In this document: one piece after another, positions 38,283 through 54,153 of the stretch
Layout of the letters: each line of letters starts with the position of its first letter
How positions within the stretch are numbered: position 1 is the first letter of the stretch
NCBI RefSeq assembly: GCF_006345805.1
Contig: NC_043007.1
Span: 71,610,001 to 71,674,000, forward strand
DNA length: 64,000 nucleotides
Direction: 5' to 3'
From: Octopus sinensis
Taxonomy: Eukaryota
Position numbers and translations under genes: made by a program
The notes under the pieces: generated by a model
Seen by the model: the letters and a program-made list of their open reading frames with translations, nothing else
What the model was told of the DNA's origin: nothing
Database searches by the model: none

Positions 38283-38489
38283 GCATGGCTCAGTGGTTAG
38301 AGCGTCGAGCTTATGATGGTGAAGTTGTGAGTTCGAATCCCAGACCGGGCTGCGTGTTGTGTTCTTGAGCAAGACACTTTATTTCACGTTGCTCCAGTTC
38401 ACTCAGCTGTAGAAATGACTTGTGCCTGGGAGGGTAACTTTCTAGGTGCAATTCCATGGTCAATCATGACTGAAGGGGGTCTCAGCTCA

Positions 38490-38490
<1 letters not shown>
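38283..38490 (+). mobile_element. tRNA-derived SINE family E (CORE-like)
   Basis: A box TGGCTCAGTGG, B box GTTCGAATCCC, ttgagcaagacacttt...ctccagttcactcagctgt core. Confidence 0.7.
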
Positions 38491-38536
<46 letters not shown>

Positions 38537-39170
38537 CATACACACATTTTCATACCTTGCATTGTTTATTATAAAGACTAAAGCCAATGCAGTTAATTTT
38601 GATTGTCACTAAATATTTATTGGTTTAAATTTCACTTTCATACTACTTGTTTTGTTAAGTACAACTATAAGGTTACTTCATGTCTCTTATTTATAACTAA
38701 CTTAATACTTGGTATTGACCAAATATTAAGTTAATTATCTCTATAGATTTATGTTAATTTGGCTATAAATAAGTATTTATAACTGCAGCAGATGATGTCC
38801 AGTAGTCAAAATAACCATGTGAATTATTAGATATAAAAATATGAAATTTTACACACGTGTCTATATTGAGTAGTATATATGAAAGTAATTCACTTTGATT
38901 GAACTAGTTTAAGTGAAGTAAAAACAAAATGAAACGCATGCACATGCACGCACACACACACACACACAAGCATGTAATGACCTACATTGTATGTATACAT
39001 ACGTGCAAGGTAGGGCTGATGATAATAGTTAACTGTGGAATATATTATGCACGCTTTTACTAGAGGTAGTAGGTGTGGGTGGGTGAGTGACATGGAGAAG
39101 AAAAATACAGACCTTTGGCTCTTGTCCCTAATAGAATTATTACTTAAAATTTGAATGTTTGTATGTTTAA

Positions 39171-39391
39171 CCCTTTAGCATTTAATCCGGCCATATCCGG
39201 CCAAAAGTATTCTGCCTGTTTTATGTTTAAACTGGTCACATCTGGTCTCTCACACCAACCCTACAATATCATTTTAAAAATTAACAGCTACCTCATCAAA
39301 ATCTCATAGCTACAAGATAATGCATGATTAGTTCAAAACAATGTGGATTAAAAAGCATTAATTTTGGCAGAATAATGTGAACACTAAAGGG
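39171..39391. mobile_element. TTAA-flanked MITE (piggyBac-like)
   Basis: TTAA|CCCTTTAG...CTAAAGGG|TTAA, 221 bp; opposite orientation to 12743. Confidence 0.85.
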
Positions 39392-40083
39392 TTAAACTAT
39401 GCTAACACATGAAAGAATTACAATTACAAAAATTTACTATTAACAAAAACTACATACTGGAATCCCAAATCCTGTTAAAATTAAGAACATTTTTGATGAT
39501 GCTAATAAATATGTTCCACCACAAGGTCTAGTGCTTGTTCTGAGATGATGGCTTGTGTGCCTCAGTGACCCTCAGAGCTGTTCCAGTGGAGCACAAGCTC
39601 AGAGAAAGGCATCACATGCTGGACAGGTCAAAGGATAGAAGCTGGACTAATGTGGATATTTTCCCAAAAGGTAGAGCTGGGTTTGAATAGGAACAACACC
39701 TCTACTTAGAAAAAGCAAAGTTAGAAAAGCATTGGAGATATTTGAAAACCAACAAGTCCTGGGAGAGGAAGATCTTCCTTAAGGGAAACAGGGAACCAAA
39801 GAGAGGCTGAAGAAAGGGCACCCTAAAAATAGCTGGGGGTAGGATACTGAGACATAATTGAAAAAGCAAGATCCAACTATTGAAATGCAGAAAAGACAAC
39901 CCAGAGTCAAAAACAGTAGAGAAAAGTCAAGCAAAAGGCATAAGTAAAGTAAGAAATAAGCATTGTACTTTCCCATTGCAGGTTACAAAATGTAAGGAAT
40001 TGTGAAAATAATTGTAAAACCATTGAGCAATCAGATTACATAATTCCAGAATAAGTGTCTGAAAAGTTAGCTGCTAAAATATA

Positions 40084-40140
<57 letters not shown>

Positions 40141-40144
<4 letters not shown>

Positions 40145-40345
40145 CCTGTGCAGGTGGCACGTAAAAAGCATCCACTACACTCATGGAGTGGTTGGCGTTA
40201 GGAAGGGCATCCAGCCGTAGAAACACTGCCAGATCTGACTGGGCCTGACGAAGCCTTCCAGCTTCACAGACCCCAGTTGAACCATCCAACCCATGCTAGC
40301 ATGGAAAGCAGACGCTAAATGATGATGATGATGATGATGATGATG
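40141..40345 (+). mobile_element. Family C repeat
   Basis: ...ccaacccatgctagcatggaaagcagacgctaaat(gat)n. Confidence 0.7.
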
Positions 40346-40390
40346 ATATATATATAGGGAGAGAGAGAGAGAGAGAGAGCAAAAGAGGGT

Positions 40391-43300
40391 GAAAATGCAC
40401 TTATATTTCAAAAGCTCGTAAATGTTTAAAATACATTTATTTACATATATACCAAACTAGTCTCAACAATATTTTTTGTCTATCAATGGTAAAAGTGTAA
40501 AATTAGAAAAACATCGTTATAAGTTTCAATGTTGACAAATCAAAATGTTTCAATGTTGACAAGCTGAAATGTTTCAATGTTGTTAAATTAAAATGTTTCA
40601 ATGTTGATAAATTATCATGTTCAAAACAGAAGGTGTAAGTTTGAAATTAAAACTCATTAATTTCAGTGGTGGTCGACAAGTCATACTGAAAAAAACAAGT
40701 GTGAGAATTAAAATAGTAAAAATAGGGAAATTACAGTTTCTCAGATCTTTAAACTGTCGCTTTCGCTTGTAATGGTATGTTTAGGGAAAGATGTATTTGT
40801 AAATTTTTTTCTGCGAGCAGATCTGATTTTGATTGGTTAAAAAATTTATGACGTTTTTTTCTATGGTCAAGCTTGTCGTTCTGCTTGGTTGGTTTTCTTG
40901 CAGGATATGGTTATATGTCGTTCCGGTTGGTTGGTTCTCTCAAAGGGTCTTTTTATTGTATTTGTTGAAGTTCTGTTTTGATTGGTTTGCAATTATGTGA
41001 CATCAGCAACAGGTGTTTGTGTGGTGATTTGGAGCTGCGGTTTTGAAACCCGGTTGGAAGATTGTTACTAAAATTTTATTGTCTATTTTATGGCAAAAAG
41101 TGTTTTTTCTCTTCTTTATACTGCTTTTTCTTCTTTCTAAAGGATATTTAGATGTGGTTTATATTTTTTAATCAATATATTTTCCTTATGGAATTGGGTT
41201 GAAGTGTTTCCAGTGTATTGATAGAGAGGGAAGATTTGGTATTTAGAGTTTTTGTCTATGGAGCGGCTAATGGGAATTATCCTAGTTGAGAGGTTCTGGA
41301 TTTTTTTGTCTCTGCACCTTAAATCTATCCCTCAAAGTTAAGCTTGTTTGACCAATGTAGTCTCCACCACAACCTCCACATTTAAGAAGCACAGATGAAG
41401 TCATGTTTTATGGTAAAAGTTAGGCCTGACTTAAATTTGTATGTCGAGCCCTCTAAGAGAAAGGTGCAAGTTCCGCAGTTAGGGCAGTTGCATTTTTTGA
41501 CTTCTGGGGTTGTATTTTTTGTGGGTAATTTGGCGCTGGTGAGTAATTTTTTTAGAGATTGTGGTTGTCTCTTGCTTTTAATAATCCTATGTGTTTCTAG
41601 TGCCTTTTTCTTTCATGGGTCCTTCATAAGGATGGGTATGTTTTGGTGGATGATGTATGCTTCCTAGTTTCTTGGATTGTGTGTTGATACGCAAGATAGA
41701 GTTTTAAGTGTGTCATGGTGTTTTCTTGTTTTCCGTAACTCTTGGATGGCTATCATTTTTGCATGTTCTATTCCATTTTTGATTTGACTGACCAGGTATT
41801 TTCCATTTAGTAATGAAGTTTTAAGTTCTTGGAGTTGCTTTTCTCGGGTTTCAGGATTTGATGCAATCGTGCAAATTCTTCTTGCTAAGTTGAACGGTAT
41901 ATTTATTTTAGTATGTTTTGGGTGGCAAGAGGAGAATAGAAGATATTGTTTTGAGTTTGTTGGTTTGAAGAAGATGTCAGTTTCAATCTCAGTATCTCTC
42001 TTTATTATTAAGATGTCCAGGAAGGGTAGTTGTTGGTGGTTGTATTCCATAGTGAATTGGATCCTGTGGTTAATGCTGTTGATTAAGTTTTTAAATTCTG
42101 TGAGTTGTTCAATGTTATGTGGCCAAAGGATAAAACAGTCATCCAGGTAGCGTTTCCAGTTGGTAAGTAAGTATTTTTGGAAATTTTCCCCAAATTTTAA
42201 TCTTGCGTGTGCGTATATTTGGACTTCCAAGTATGCCATGACAAGTTTGGCAAAAGTAGGCGCTACCCTTGTTCCCATCGCCATGCCCAATTTTTGTCTA
42301 TAAGTGTTTTTGTTGAAATTGAAGAAGTTGTTCTGTAGAATGAACCTTATTATTCCTTCAACGATTAATTCTTTTCCAATTCTGTCAGGAATGTCATTTG
42401 GGAATTTTTCCAGCCAGTATTGTATGGCTATAATTTCATATTCGTGAGGAATCGAGGTGTAGAGGTTTATTACATCGAATGAAACCAGGAGGGTGTCTTT
42501 GCTGGTTTTGTTCGGGAGATGGTTTAAAAAGTCCAGATCATCCCGTATAAAGCTTGGTATATGTTGGAGAATAGGTTTGAGGAGGATGTCAATAAAATTA
42601 CTGAGTCTGTGTGTTTCACAAGAGGGACCGGCCACAATTGGTCTCATTTTGAGATCTCTCAGGTGTGGAATATTTATGACTATAGCGGTTGACTTATTAC
42701 AGGCTTCATTTATGGCTTCACCTTTATGGATTTTGGGAAGTCCATAGAAATTACTGGTTTTGCAGTCAAATCTAGTCAAGTAGTCTGTCTCCTTTTGTGT
42801 TAAACCTTGTTGGAATTGTTGGACAAGAGTAGACAGTTTGGTAATTATCTTGGATTGACTGTAGTTGTTGATTTTTTCATAGTAGGTATTGTCTTGAAGG
42901 AAGGTTAAAGTAGTGTTTATGTATTTTTCTGAGTCCATGATAACTACAGAGCTCTCTTTGTCAGCTTCTTTTATAATTATGTTGCCATCCACCCTGAGAT
43001 TATTGATGATTTCCCATTCTTCTTTACTTGTATTTATTTTGAATTTTCAGGGTGGGAGTAAATTGTAGGGGAAACTGGAAATTAAGTCACAAAAGTTATC
43101 CAGAGTTTGATTTTTTCCTTTTATCGGACAGTAGTTGCTTTTATTGTGAAGGATAGATTGATCATTATTTTCTTTATCTAGTAGTTCTTCAGTAATGCAA
43201 AGTATTCTGCAGAATTCTTGAATATCATTTTGTATGTCATTTAGGTTCAACCTTTGTGGTGTTGGAGTGAATTTCAATCCCTTTTTAAGAATTTTGATTT

Positions 43301-43624
43301 CCTGGTTCGAAAGGGCTTTATGTGAGAGATTTATCACCTGCAGAGTATCATATTTGGTTGGTGCCATCAAGTGTCCCAGTTTTGGCCCAGTTTGTCCAAA
43401 AAATAGTTTCTCTGGTATAGGGAATTAGTGTTAATCTTAATAGTCCTTACTCTAACACTTGGTCTATTATCGTAATGGTTATATTCTGTTTGGAAGTGGT
43501 GGTTATTGTGGGAGAAATGTTTCAAATGGGAGAAGTTCCTACTTCTTCTTTGGTCCCATTTGGTATATATGTAAATAAATGTATTTTAAACATTTACGAG
43601 TTTTTGAAATTTAAGTGAATTTTC
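40391..43624 (-). mobile_element. Penelope-like retroelement 1 (RT + GIY-YIG) with 66-bp inverted termini
   Basis: ORF 43047-43370 (VINLS..LKKGLKFTPTP); ORF 41664-42992 (FYGLPKIHK, RPIVA, SFDVINLYTSIP, GMAMG, WKRYLDD, LPFLD); frameshifted CNCPNCGTC endonuclease linker ~41480; AATAAA near the 3' end. Confidence 0.93.
40523..40622. repeat. 24-bp minisatellite x4
   Basis: gtttcaatgttg(ac/tt/at)aa unit starting at 40523, 40547, 40571, 40595. Confidence 0.85.
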
Positions 43625-43719
43625 AACGACACACACACACACACGCACATATATATATATATATATATTTCGCTTTTGGATTTGGTTTGCAAGATTCTTC
43701 ATATGAGTTCGTGTGTTGA

Positions 43720-44005
43720 AGCATATTCCGTTGTGTCTGGGGAGAGTCAATTTCTTTTTGTGCCTTATAATATAACACACTCACCGGTAAAATTTCCACT
43801 TATCTCATATTTTTATTTTCCTAAAATTTTTGTTGCATCTTGCAAACTTTTCAATAGTCTTCAAGACTATTGAAAAGGTTGCAAGATGCAACGAATATTT
43901 TAGGAAAATAAAAATATGAGATAAGTGGAAATTTTACTGGTGAGTGTGTTATATTATAAGGCACAAAAATAAAATGATTCTCCCCAGATACAACAGAATA
44001 TACAT
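43720..44005. repeat. Near-perfect palindrome, ~140-bp arms, centre 43862
   Basis: ...ttcaatagtctt C aagactattgaa...; arms complementary out to gttgt(g/a)tctggggaga. Confidence 0.9.
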
Positions 44006-44020
44006 ATATACACATTCTGG

Positions 44021-44170
44021 CCAGTCCCTCCTGTGAGACACACAAGTTAAGTTATTTTATTGATGTCCTCCTCAATCCTATTCTCCAACATATACCGAGC
44101 TTTATACGGGATGATCTGGACTTTTTAAACCATCTCCTAAACAAAACCAGCAAAGACACCCTCGTGGTTT
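44021..44170 (+). mobile_element. Inverted copy of an internal PLE-1 RT segment
   Basis: Close match to the reverse complement of ~42485-42630 (ctattctccaacatatacc.agctttatacgggatgatctggactttttaaaccatctcc). Confidence 0.85.
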
Positions 44171-44599
44171 CTAATTTCATCTTGGCTATTGAATAATTGT
44201 CACATTATTTTAGAGATAAATTTCCTCTATTTACATAATATTGAGGTCTCTTTCTTTCTTTTGTTATCTTACCGTTTTTACCAATATATTTATATATATA
44301 TATATATATGTATATATATACATATATATATATATATATAAGTAAGGAAAAATTTTTTTTAAAATGCAGAATGCTCAAATGAAAGAAAATTTTAATAAAA
44401 TGAGAAATTGATAAAATATATAAATATATATTTATTCAACCGGTTTTCGTCATTGTATGACTTGTCAAGAATATTTATGTTTTACAAAGTTTTTTTAAAA
44501 ATTAGAAAGGGGGAAAAAAAAGAAAATTGCATTGTTTTTTGTAAAGAATAATGATAAAAATGTACAAAAAATAAAAAATAAGTTCTCCGATACATTGTG

Positions 44600-46469
44600 A
44601 GTTCGTTGTGTATCTTGAGTTTATGGTTGTTTACGAAAAAATTACCTTGAGGTGTTAGATCCAAAGGGATTAAGAGCATTGTGGTTGTGTTAAATTCAGC
44701 ATGTTTGCGGGACAGGAAGTAGTAGTAATTGTGGACCTGGTTCTTCAGTTCCTGTGTTGTGAGTAAGGGGAGACAACTCTTTTGAGTTCTTCAATAAAAC
44801 CCAAATTATAAAAATTATCATTTTAGCTTCATTTGCGTTATCTTTTTTATAAAAATGCTTGTTAACTTAACTTTCAGATTTTAACACTTTATTTATATTA
44901 TTTTCTAATTATATAAATCTGCATAGACAATTGCATTTCAAATTGTCATATCATTTATAATAAAAATGATAGTAATAACAACAATAGTAAAAATGATATT
45001 TAAAGAATATAAGTTTTAGCTTGAAGTGATGAATGCATGGTATCTATATATTTGTGTAGTCCATCCATGAAGAGTGAGGTAGAGAGAAGGAAGTTTGATC
45101 AACGAGGAGTTTGCATATTAAGTTGTGTTTGGAATTTTTAATAAAGAGATTCTCCTTGTTAATTCTCTCCTGTGTGGTGATCCCGTCTTTACATTGGTAG
45201 AAGGGGAATATATAGAATTTGGGGTTTAAGTCTTTAGCACATGAGTCTAAGTGGTCACTCAGTGGAATTTGTCGGTATTCCGGGAGATTTATTTGTTCTT
45301 TATGCACCGTTACTCGTTTACGTAACGGGAGACTCGTTTGTCCAACATAATTATGTTGGCAACCAGCGCATGTGAGAACATAGATAAGGTTCTCGGAGGA
45401 ACAGGAGAAGTTAGTCTTGATTTTAAACTTCGTACCTTGTTTGAAGGTAAATTCAGAGCCTTCAAGTAGTAGAAAGGGGCAGGTACCACAGTTTGAGCGT
45501 GCACATTTTTTTACTGTTGGGGGTGGATGTGGTGTGTGAAGTTTGGCATTTGTCAAGAGTTTTTTTAAAGATTTGTGTTGCCTTTTGCATTTGAGGATTT
45601 TGTGTGTATTTATAATGTCTTTCATTTTTGGGTCTGTTGACAGTAGACTGAGGTTTTGTATGATTGTGGTGTATGCTTTGATATTTTTGGGGTTGTGGGT
45701 GGAAATGTATGGAAGTATTTTGAGGTTGTGTGTGGTGTTAGGTTGGGTGGTTTTCAGTGTAGTGTTGTCTAGTTCTTTGGCGCGTTTTATTCCATACTCT
45801 ATAAGGGTGGAGGGATATTGACATTGTAATAGTGTTTTTTTGAGGTCTTGAAGGTGTATTTCTCGTGTTTTTGGATCCGAGACAATGGTGCATACCCTTT
45901 TAGCTAAATTGAAAGGATATTTGTCTTGGTGTGTTTTGGGTGGCATGAACTAAAGAGGAGGTATTGTTGTGAGTCTGTAGGTTTGTGGTAGATGTCTGTT
46001 ATGATTGGTTCTTAGGTGTTTTTATAATTAGGAGATCAAGGAATGGGAGATGATGTTTGCTTAATTCCATAGTGAATTGGATGTTGGGATGTATGTTGTT
46101 TAGTATGGTTTTGAATTCAGGAGTTTTTCATAAGGTTCTTTCCATATGATGAAACAATCATCTAAATACCTTTTCCAGTTTTCCATTAGGTAGGTGTGGA
46201 AAACATGTCCAAATTTCTGGCTTGATATTTCATAGAGTGACAGTTCGAAGTAACCCATTATGAGGTTCGCAAGGACTGGTGCAGCCTTGGTACCCATCGC
46301 AATGCCACATTTTGACGGTAGTGTGTGTCGTCGAAGAGAAAAAAAATTGTTTGTCAGAATGAACTTGAGAGATTCTGTAATAAAAGACTTGTTAATGCGG
46401 TCAGGGAATGTCTCTGGGTTTTTCTAGCCAGAAGTCAATTGCCTCTATACCATACTCATGTGGAATGTT

Positions 46470-46472
<3 letters not shown>
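44600..46472 (-). mobile_element. Penelope-like retroelement 2, 5'-truncated
   Basis: YTNIPHE, MGTKAAP, WKRYLDD pieces. ORF 45044-45946 carries the thumb, CARSNCGTC linker and LIYVLTCAGCQHNYVGQT..RVTVH..HL GIY-YIG domain. A different subfamily from PLE 1. 3' boundary approximate. Confidence 0.9.
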
Positions 46473-46507
<35 letters not shown>

Positions 46508-46513
<6 letters not shown>

Positions 46514-46867
46514 ATAAACGGCAAAATGTCTGTGTGTGTGTGTCCTTTATACAAATCCACAAATTTTCAGTTAGAGGGCTTGCACTTTCTATGGTCATTC
46601 AAAACCATCCAAGGGTGGTCATTCACATCTTTATATTTCCCCAGTCACTCCGCAAAGCCATTAAAAAATCAATAGAAGTGACATTTTTGTGAATTTTCTA
46701 TCCAAAACCCAATCAAAATGCCCGAAACTTGATATGCCAATTGAATGCCAGCTAGCTGTATGTGATTGGTCGAAGATTTGGACAGTACTCGTGTGTATGT
46801 GCGCACACATGCAGCTGTATATGCATGCACTAGCACTATGACCCGGTGTGCTGGGTCATTGTGCTAG
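46508..46867 (+). mobile_element. Non-autonomous Helitron
   Basis: 5' TATATATAAACGGCA shared with 37550-37924; 3' hairpin ATGACCC/GGGTCAT then CTAG|T at 46864-68. Confidence 0.75.
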
Positions 46868-46869
46868 TA

Positions 46870-50525
<3,656 letters not shown>

Positions 50526-52022
50526 TAGCCCCAGTCCAATCAATGCCTTGGGAGTGAATGTGGTAGATACAAACTGTGCTGAAACAGGATTGTGCGTGTG
50601 TGTTTGTGTTTCGTCACGTTGTATCTAATTTCATTTTTGGTAGTATTGATGATATAGTTGTCAATCTACTATGTGTGTGCATATGCTTTTGTTTATTTTT
50701 ATTCAGTGTTTCTTTGTGTCTCTGCATGCATACTTCATCCTCGTCACCATGCAAGTAACAAATGGGGTCCCACAACACATGAATAGAAAAAATACTCTAT
50801 GAACATTAGCATAAGTCAATGCTAAGACTCTGAATGCTACGATACATTCCAAAAGATTGCCGTTCTCAGCATAGTCCACAACCTATATAAAAAAATTAGC
50901 ATAAGCTAATAGCAAAACTCAAGCAGGTCAGTCTTCGCATTTCGCATGTAGCCACCCAATGAAGCAACACAACTTGTATAATATATACACTATGGAATGG
51001 CCACTGAGCAATATAACAGGACCCATACTTTACCCATTCATCACTCAATAAATTAACACAGCGCTTGCTGCTATATAGCTGATAGCTGATACTATAACAT
51101 GAAGAACACATGCTACTTGCTTTCTATGTTGTGACACTTAATATAAGACAACCTAGAAAGCTGATAATTTCAACACTGTTCAACACTAACATATGTAATG
51201 CCAAAACCACGTGGCACATATAATAACAAAAACCACCCAACCAAGCAACACAGCACACATTTGGTATGTGAAAAAAAAGAAAGAAAACTATACAAAGAAT
51301 CACAACAAATAAAACACAAAAGAAACTATAAAACAAATCTTACAACTAAGTAAGACTGATATTGTAAACAGACAGAATTTTATACTGCCAAATGGTAAAA
51401 GCTATACATACTTTAGGAACATAGAATTTCAATGAGGGTAGCATTGGGGAAACTCATATAAAATCATTGATAATATAATGAAGAAAAAAATATAGACACA
51501 CGCACACACACACATGCACACACACACACATACATATATATATATAGTAAAATTTACCGCACGCACGCACGTTGAACAGATGACTCGAAACTACTTTGTG
51601 TTCAATGTAGGCTCTCTGTGTGAGTGCTTAATCCTGATAAGAAAAAAAATCTCAGTACCAGATGTCCACAGATTGGGTTATGCTACATTCCTATAAATAG
51701 AACAGGAAACAAGCCAGGGCATGTAAGTGAGATGTTAAATCATAAGATTAACTGGACTCAAATCTTTACTGTTATAGCTTATTAATGCCTAGATAATCTA
51801 ACTGCATGCTCATAAATTGTTTTCTGCTTATAGACACCCAAGTCCTTTCAAATCCTTCTAACTTGAAAGTTATTATGTTGATATTTAAGGCAGCAAGTTT
51901 AACATTTTATATTGGATCTTGAATAAAAACATTCATATTTAATTTATGTTCTTTAGTGGATGGCACAATTGATAATGTTAAATAAAATATATAATGTGTG
52001 TGTGTGTGTGTGTGCATGTATA

Positions 52023-53222
52023 TCAGGTTGAGTCAAAAGTATACAATGTTTTGAATCATGAAGAATTTGTAACGGATTTTTGCAGAATGTTGAATTTATT
52101 TTAAACATTTTTTTTGCGGTTGTCTCATAATACAGACATAGACTTGCTCAAATGCTTCAATAAATTAACATTAATATTTTTTCACCTTTGTTACAATCAT
52201 CTGAAATGGGACTGTGAAAGCACAATATTCAAGCAACTTTGCTATTCAACTTCAAAAAAGGAAGGAAAGCAGCTGAAACTGCTTGTGATATCAACAAAAC
52301 GTTTAGTGAGGAAATGACCAGTGAGTGGTCAGCTTGAAAATGGTTTAAACGATATCACTGTGGAGACCCGAGCCTTGATGATTGTGAGCATAGTGGATGC
52401 CCATCTGTCATCGATGATGGTCAATTAAAGACAGTCATTAAGAAAGACCCTCATAAAACCACTCAAGAACTGGCAAAAGAACTTCAAGTTAGCCAGAAAA
52501 GTGCCTGCAACCATTTGCATGCAATCAGAAAATCAAAAAAAAACTTGACAAATGGGTCCCACACGATTTGAATGAAAATCAGAAAATGCACAGATATGAA
52601 ATTTGCTCATCCCTTCTTCTCTGTAACTGGACCAATCCATTTCTTGACTGTATTGTAACCTCCAATGAAAAGTGGATTCTGTACAGTAATAAAAAATGTT
52701 CTTCACAGTGGTTGGACCAAAATGAAGCAGCAAAAACCTTCCCTAAACCTGAGCTCTTCAAAAACAAGGTTATGGTGACTGTGGTGTACTACTGAACTTA
52801 TCCTCTATAACTTCTTAAAACCTGGAAAAACCATAACTGCAGAAACATATTACCATGAAATTGCCAAAATGAATGAAAAACTGCTACTCATTCATCCCAG
52901 AGTTTTCAACAGAAGAGGTCCAATCATTCTTCATGACAATACTCGACCACACTAATAACACTCCAGAAGTTGAGGGAACTAGGCTACGAAGTTCTTCCCT
53001 ACCCAGCTTGTTCCCCAGACCTTTCTCCTACTGATTATCACTTTTTCAAGCACCTTGATGGTTTCTTGTGAAAGAAGGAGTTCAAAAATCAAACTGATGC
53101 TGAAAGTGTGTTCAAAGAGTTCGTCAGCTCCAGAACTCCAGAATTTTATGTTATTGGAATAAACAAACTTGTCACTTATTGGCAAATATGTATTGATTGT
53201 AATAGTATTTATTTTGATGTAT
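52023..53222 (+). mobile_element. Mariner transposon, degenerate, right TIR missing
   Basis: TA|TCAGGTTG left end. WVPHDL, IVTSNEKWILY, KVMVT, LHDNTRPH, YPACSPDLSPTDYHFF motifs with stops and frameshifts. Confidence 0.9.
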
Positions 53223-53467
53223 AAATGTTCTTCACAGTGGTTGGACCAAAATGAAACAGCAAAAACCTTCCCTAAACCTGAGCTCTTCAAAAACAAGGTT
53301 ATGGTGACTCTTTGGTGGTTGTTGAAATATATTGTGATGAATTTTATAATTCAAAACGTTGCTTACTTTTTACTCAGCCTGATATATAATTGTCAGCATC
53401 ATTTAACATCTATTTTCCATGCTGGCATGGATTGGACTATATGTATATGTACGTACACACACACATA

Positions 53468-54153
53468 TTGGGTTGGCAAGAAAGTAATTTCAGTTTTATA
53501 GTGTGAAATAAAAGTCATATTTTTAATGCAAAAAATTAACTTTAATTAATTATATATTTTCCATTTTGTTCAATGTACATGGCTTCATTCAGTATTGAGG
53601 ATGAATGAAGCCAGCTCAACCCACCGTGGGTGAATGCTGTCTCAAGACAAGACAAGACAAGATTTTGTTCAATGACCTTTTGCCATCTTTCTAGTATCCT
53701 CATGATTCCATGCTCTAGAACTTCTGGTCCTTATCAGCCATAAACTGAAGCAAGTGCGATTTCAGGTCATCATCATTATTGAAAGTTTTACCATTCAAAG
53801 GACTTTGCAAACTTCGAAATAAATGGTAACATGATGGTACAAGGTCAAGGCTATGAGGTAGATGTGGCATCACTTCCCAACCAAGCTCCAATCGTTTTCG
53901 ATTGCTGTTCGATCTCTTTCAAATGTTATGTGCGGAGTTTCGTTCAATACGGATGAGAGCTTAGTTGGATCAATTTTTTCATGTCAAAATCGGATGATTT
54001 CTGCAAACGAAGTATTGAAAATCTTGAACGTTGGGAAGGAGTTGTAAACAACAAGGGTGAATACATTATTGATTAATTAATTGTTATTTTTTTATTAAAC
54101 CTTTAAAAAGATTTAAATTTTTTAAAATGGCGGGAACTTAGTGGCCAACCCAA
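53468..54153. mobile_element. Non-autonomous mariner built from two opposed 3' ends
   Basis: TA|TTGGGTTGGC...GCCAACCCAA|TA. The left half reads on minus as LGWEVMPH..SLDLVPSCYHLFRSLQ..WQKVIEQNGKYI; the right half reads on plus as FRSLSN..RWEGVVNNKGEYIID*. Confidence 0.8.
53576..53661 (+). mobile_element. 86-bp retroposed insertion with 13-bp TSD
   Basis: TSD attttgttcaatg at 53563-75 and 53662-74; (CAAGA)n tail; 12-bp hairpin TGGCTTCATTCA/TGAATGAAGCCA. Confidence 0.85.

Noticed and set aside
40523-40622. CRISPR-like appearance of 24-bp repeats
   Set aside because: Contiguous tandem units without unique spacers; eukaryotic context; no cas genes.
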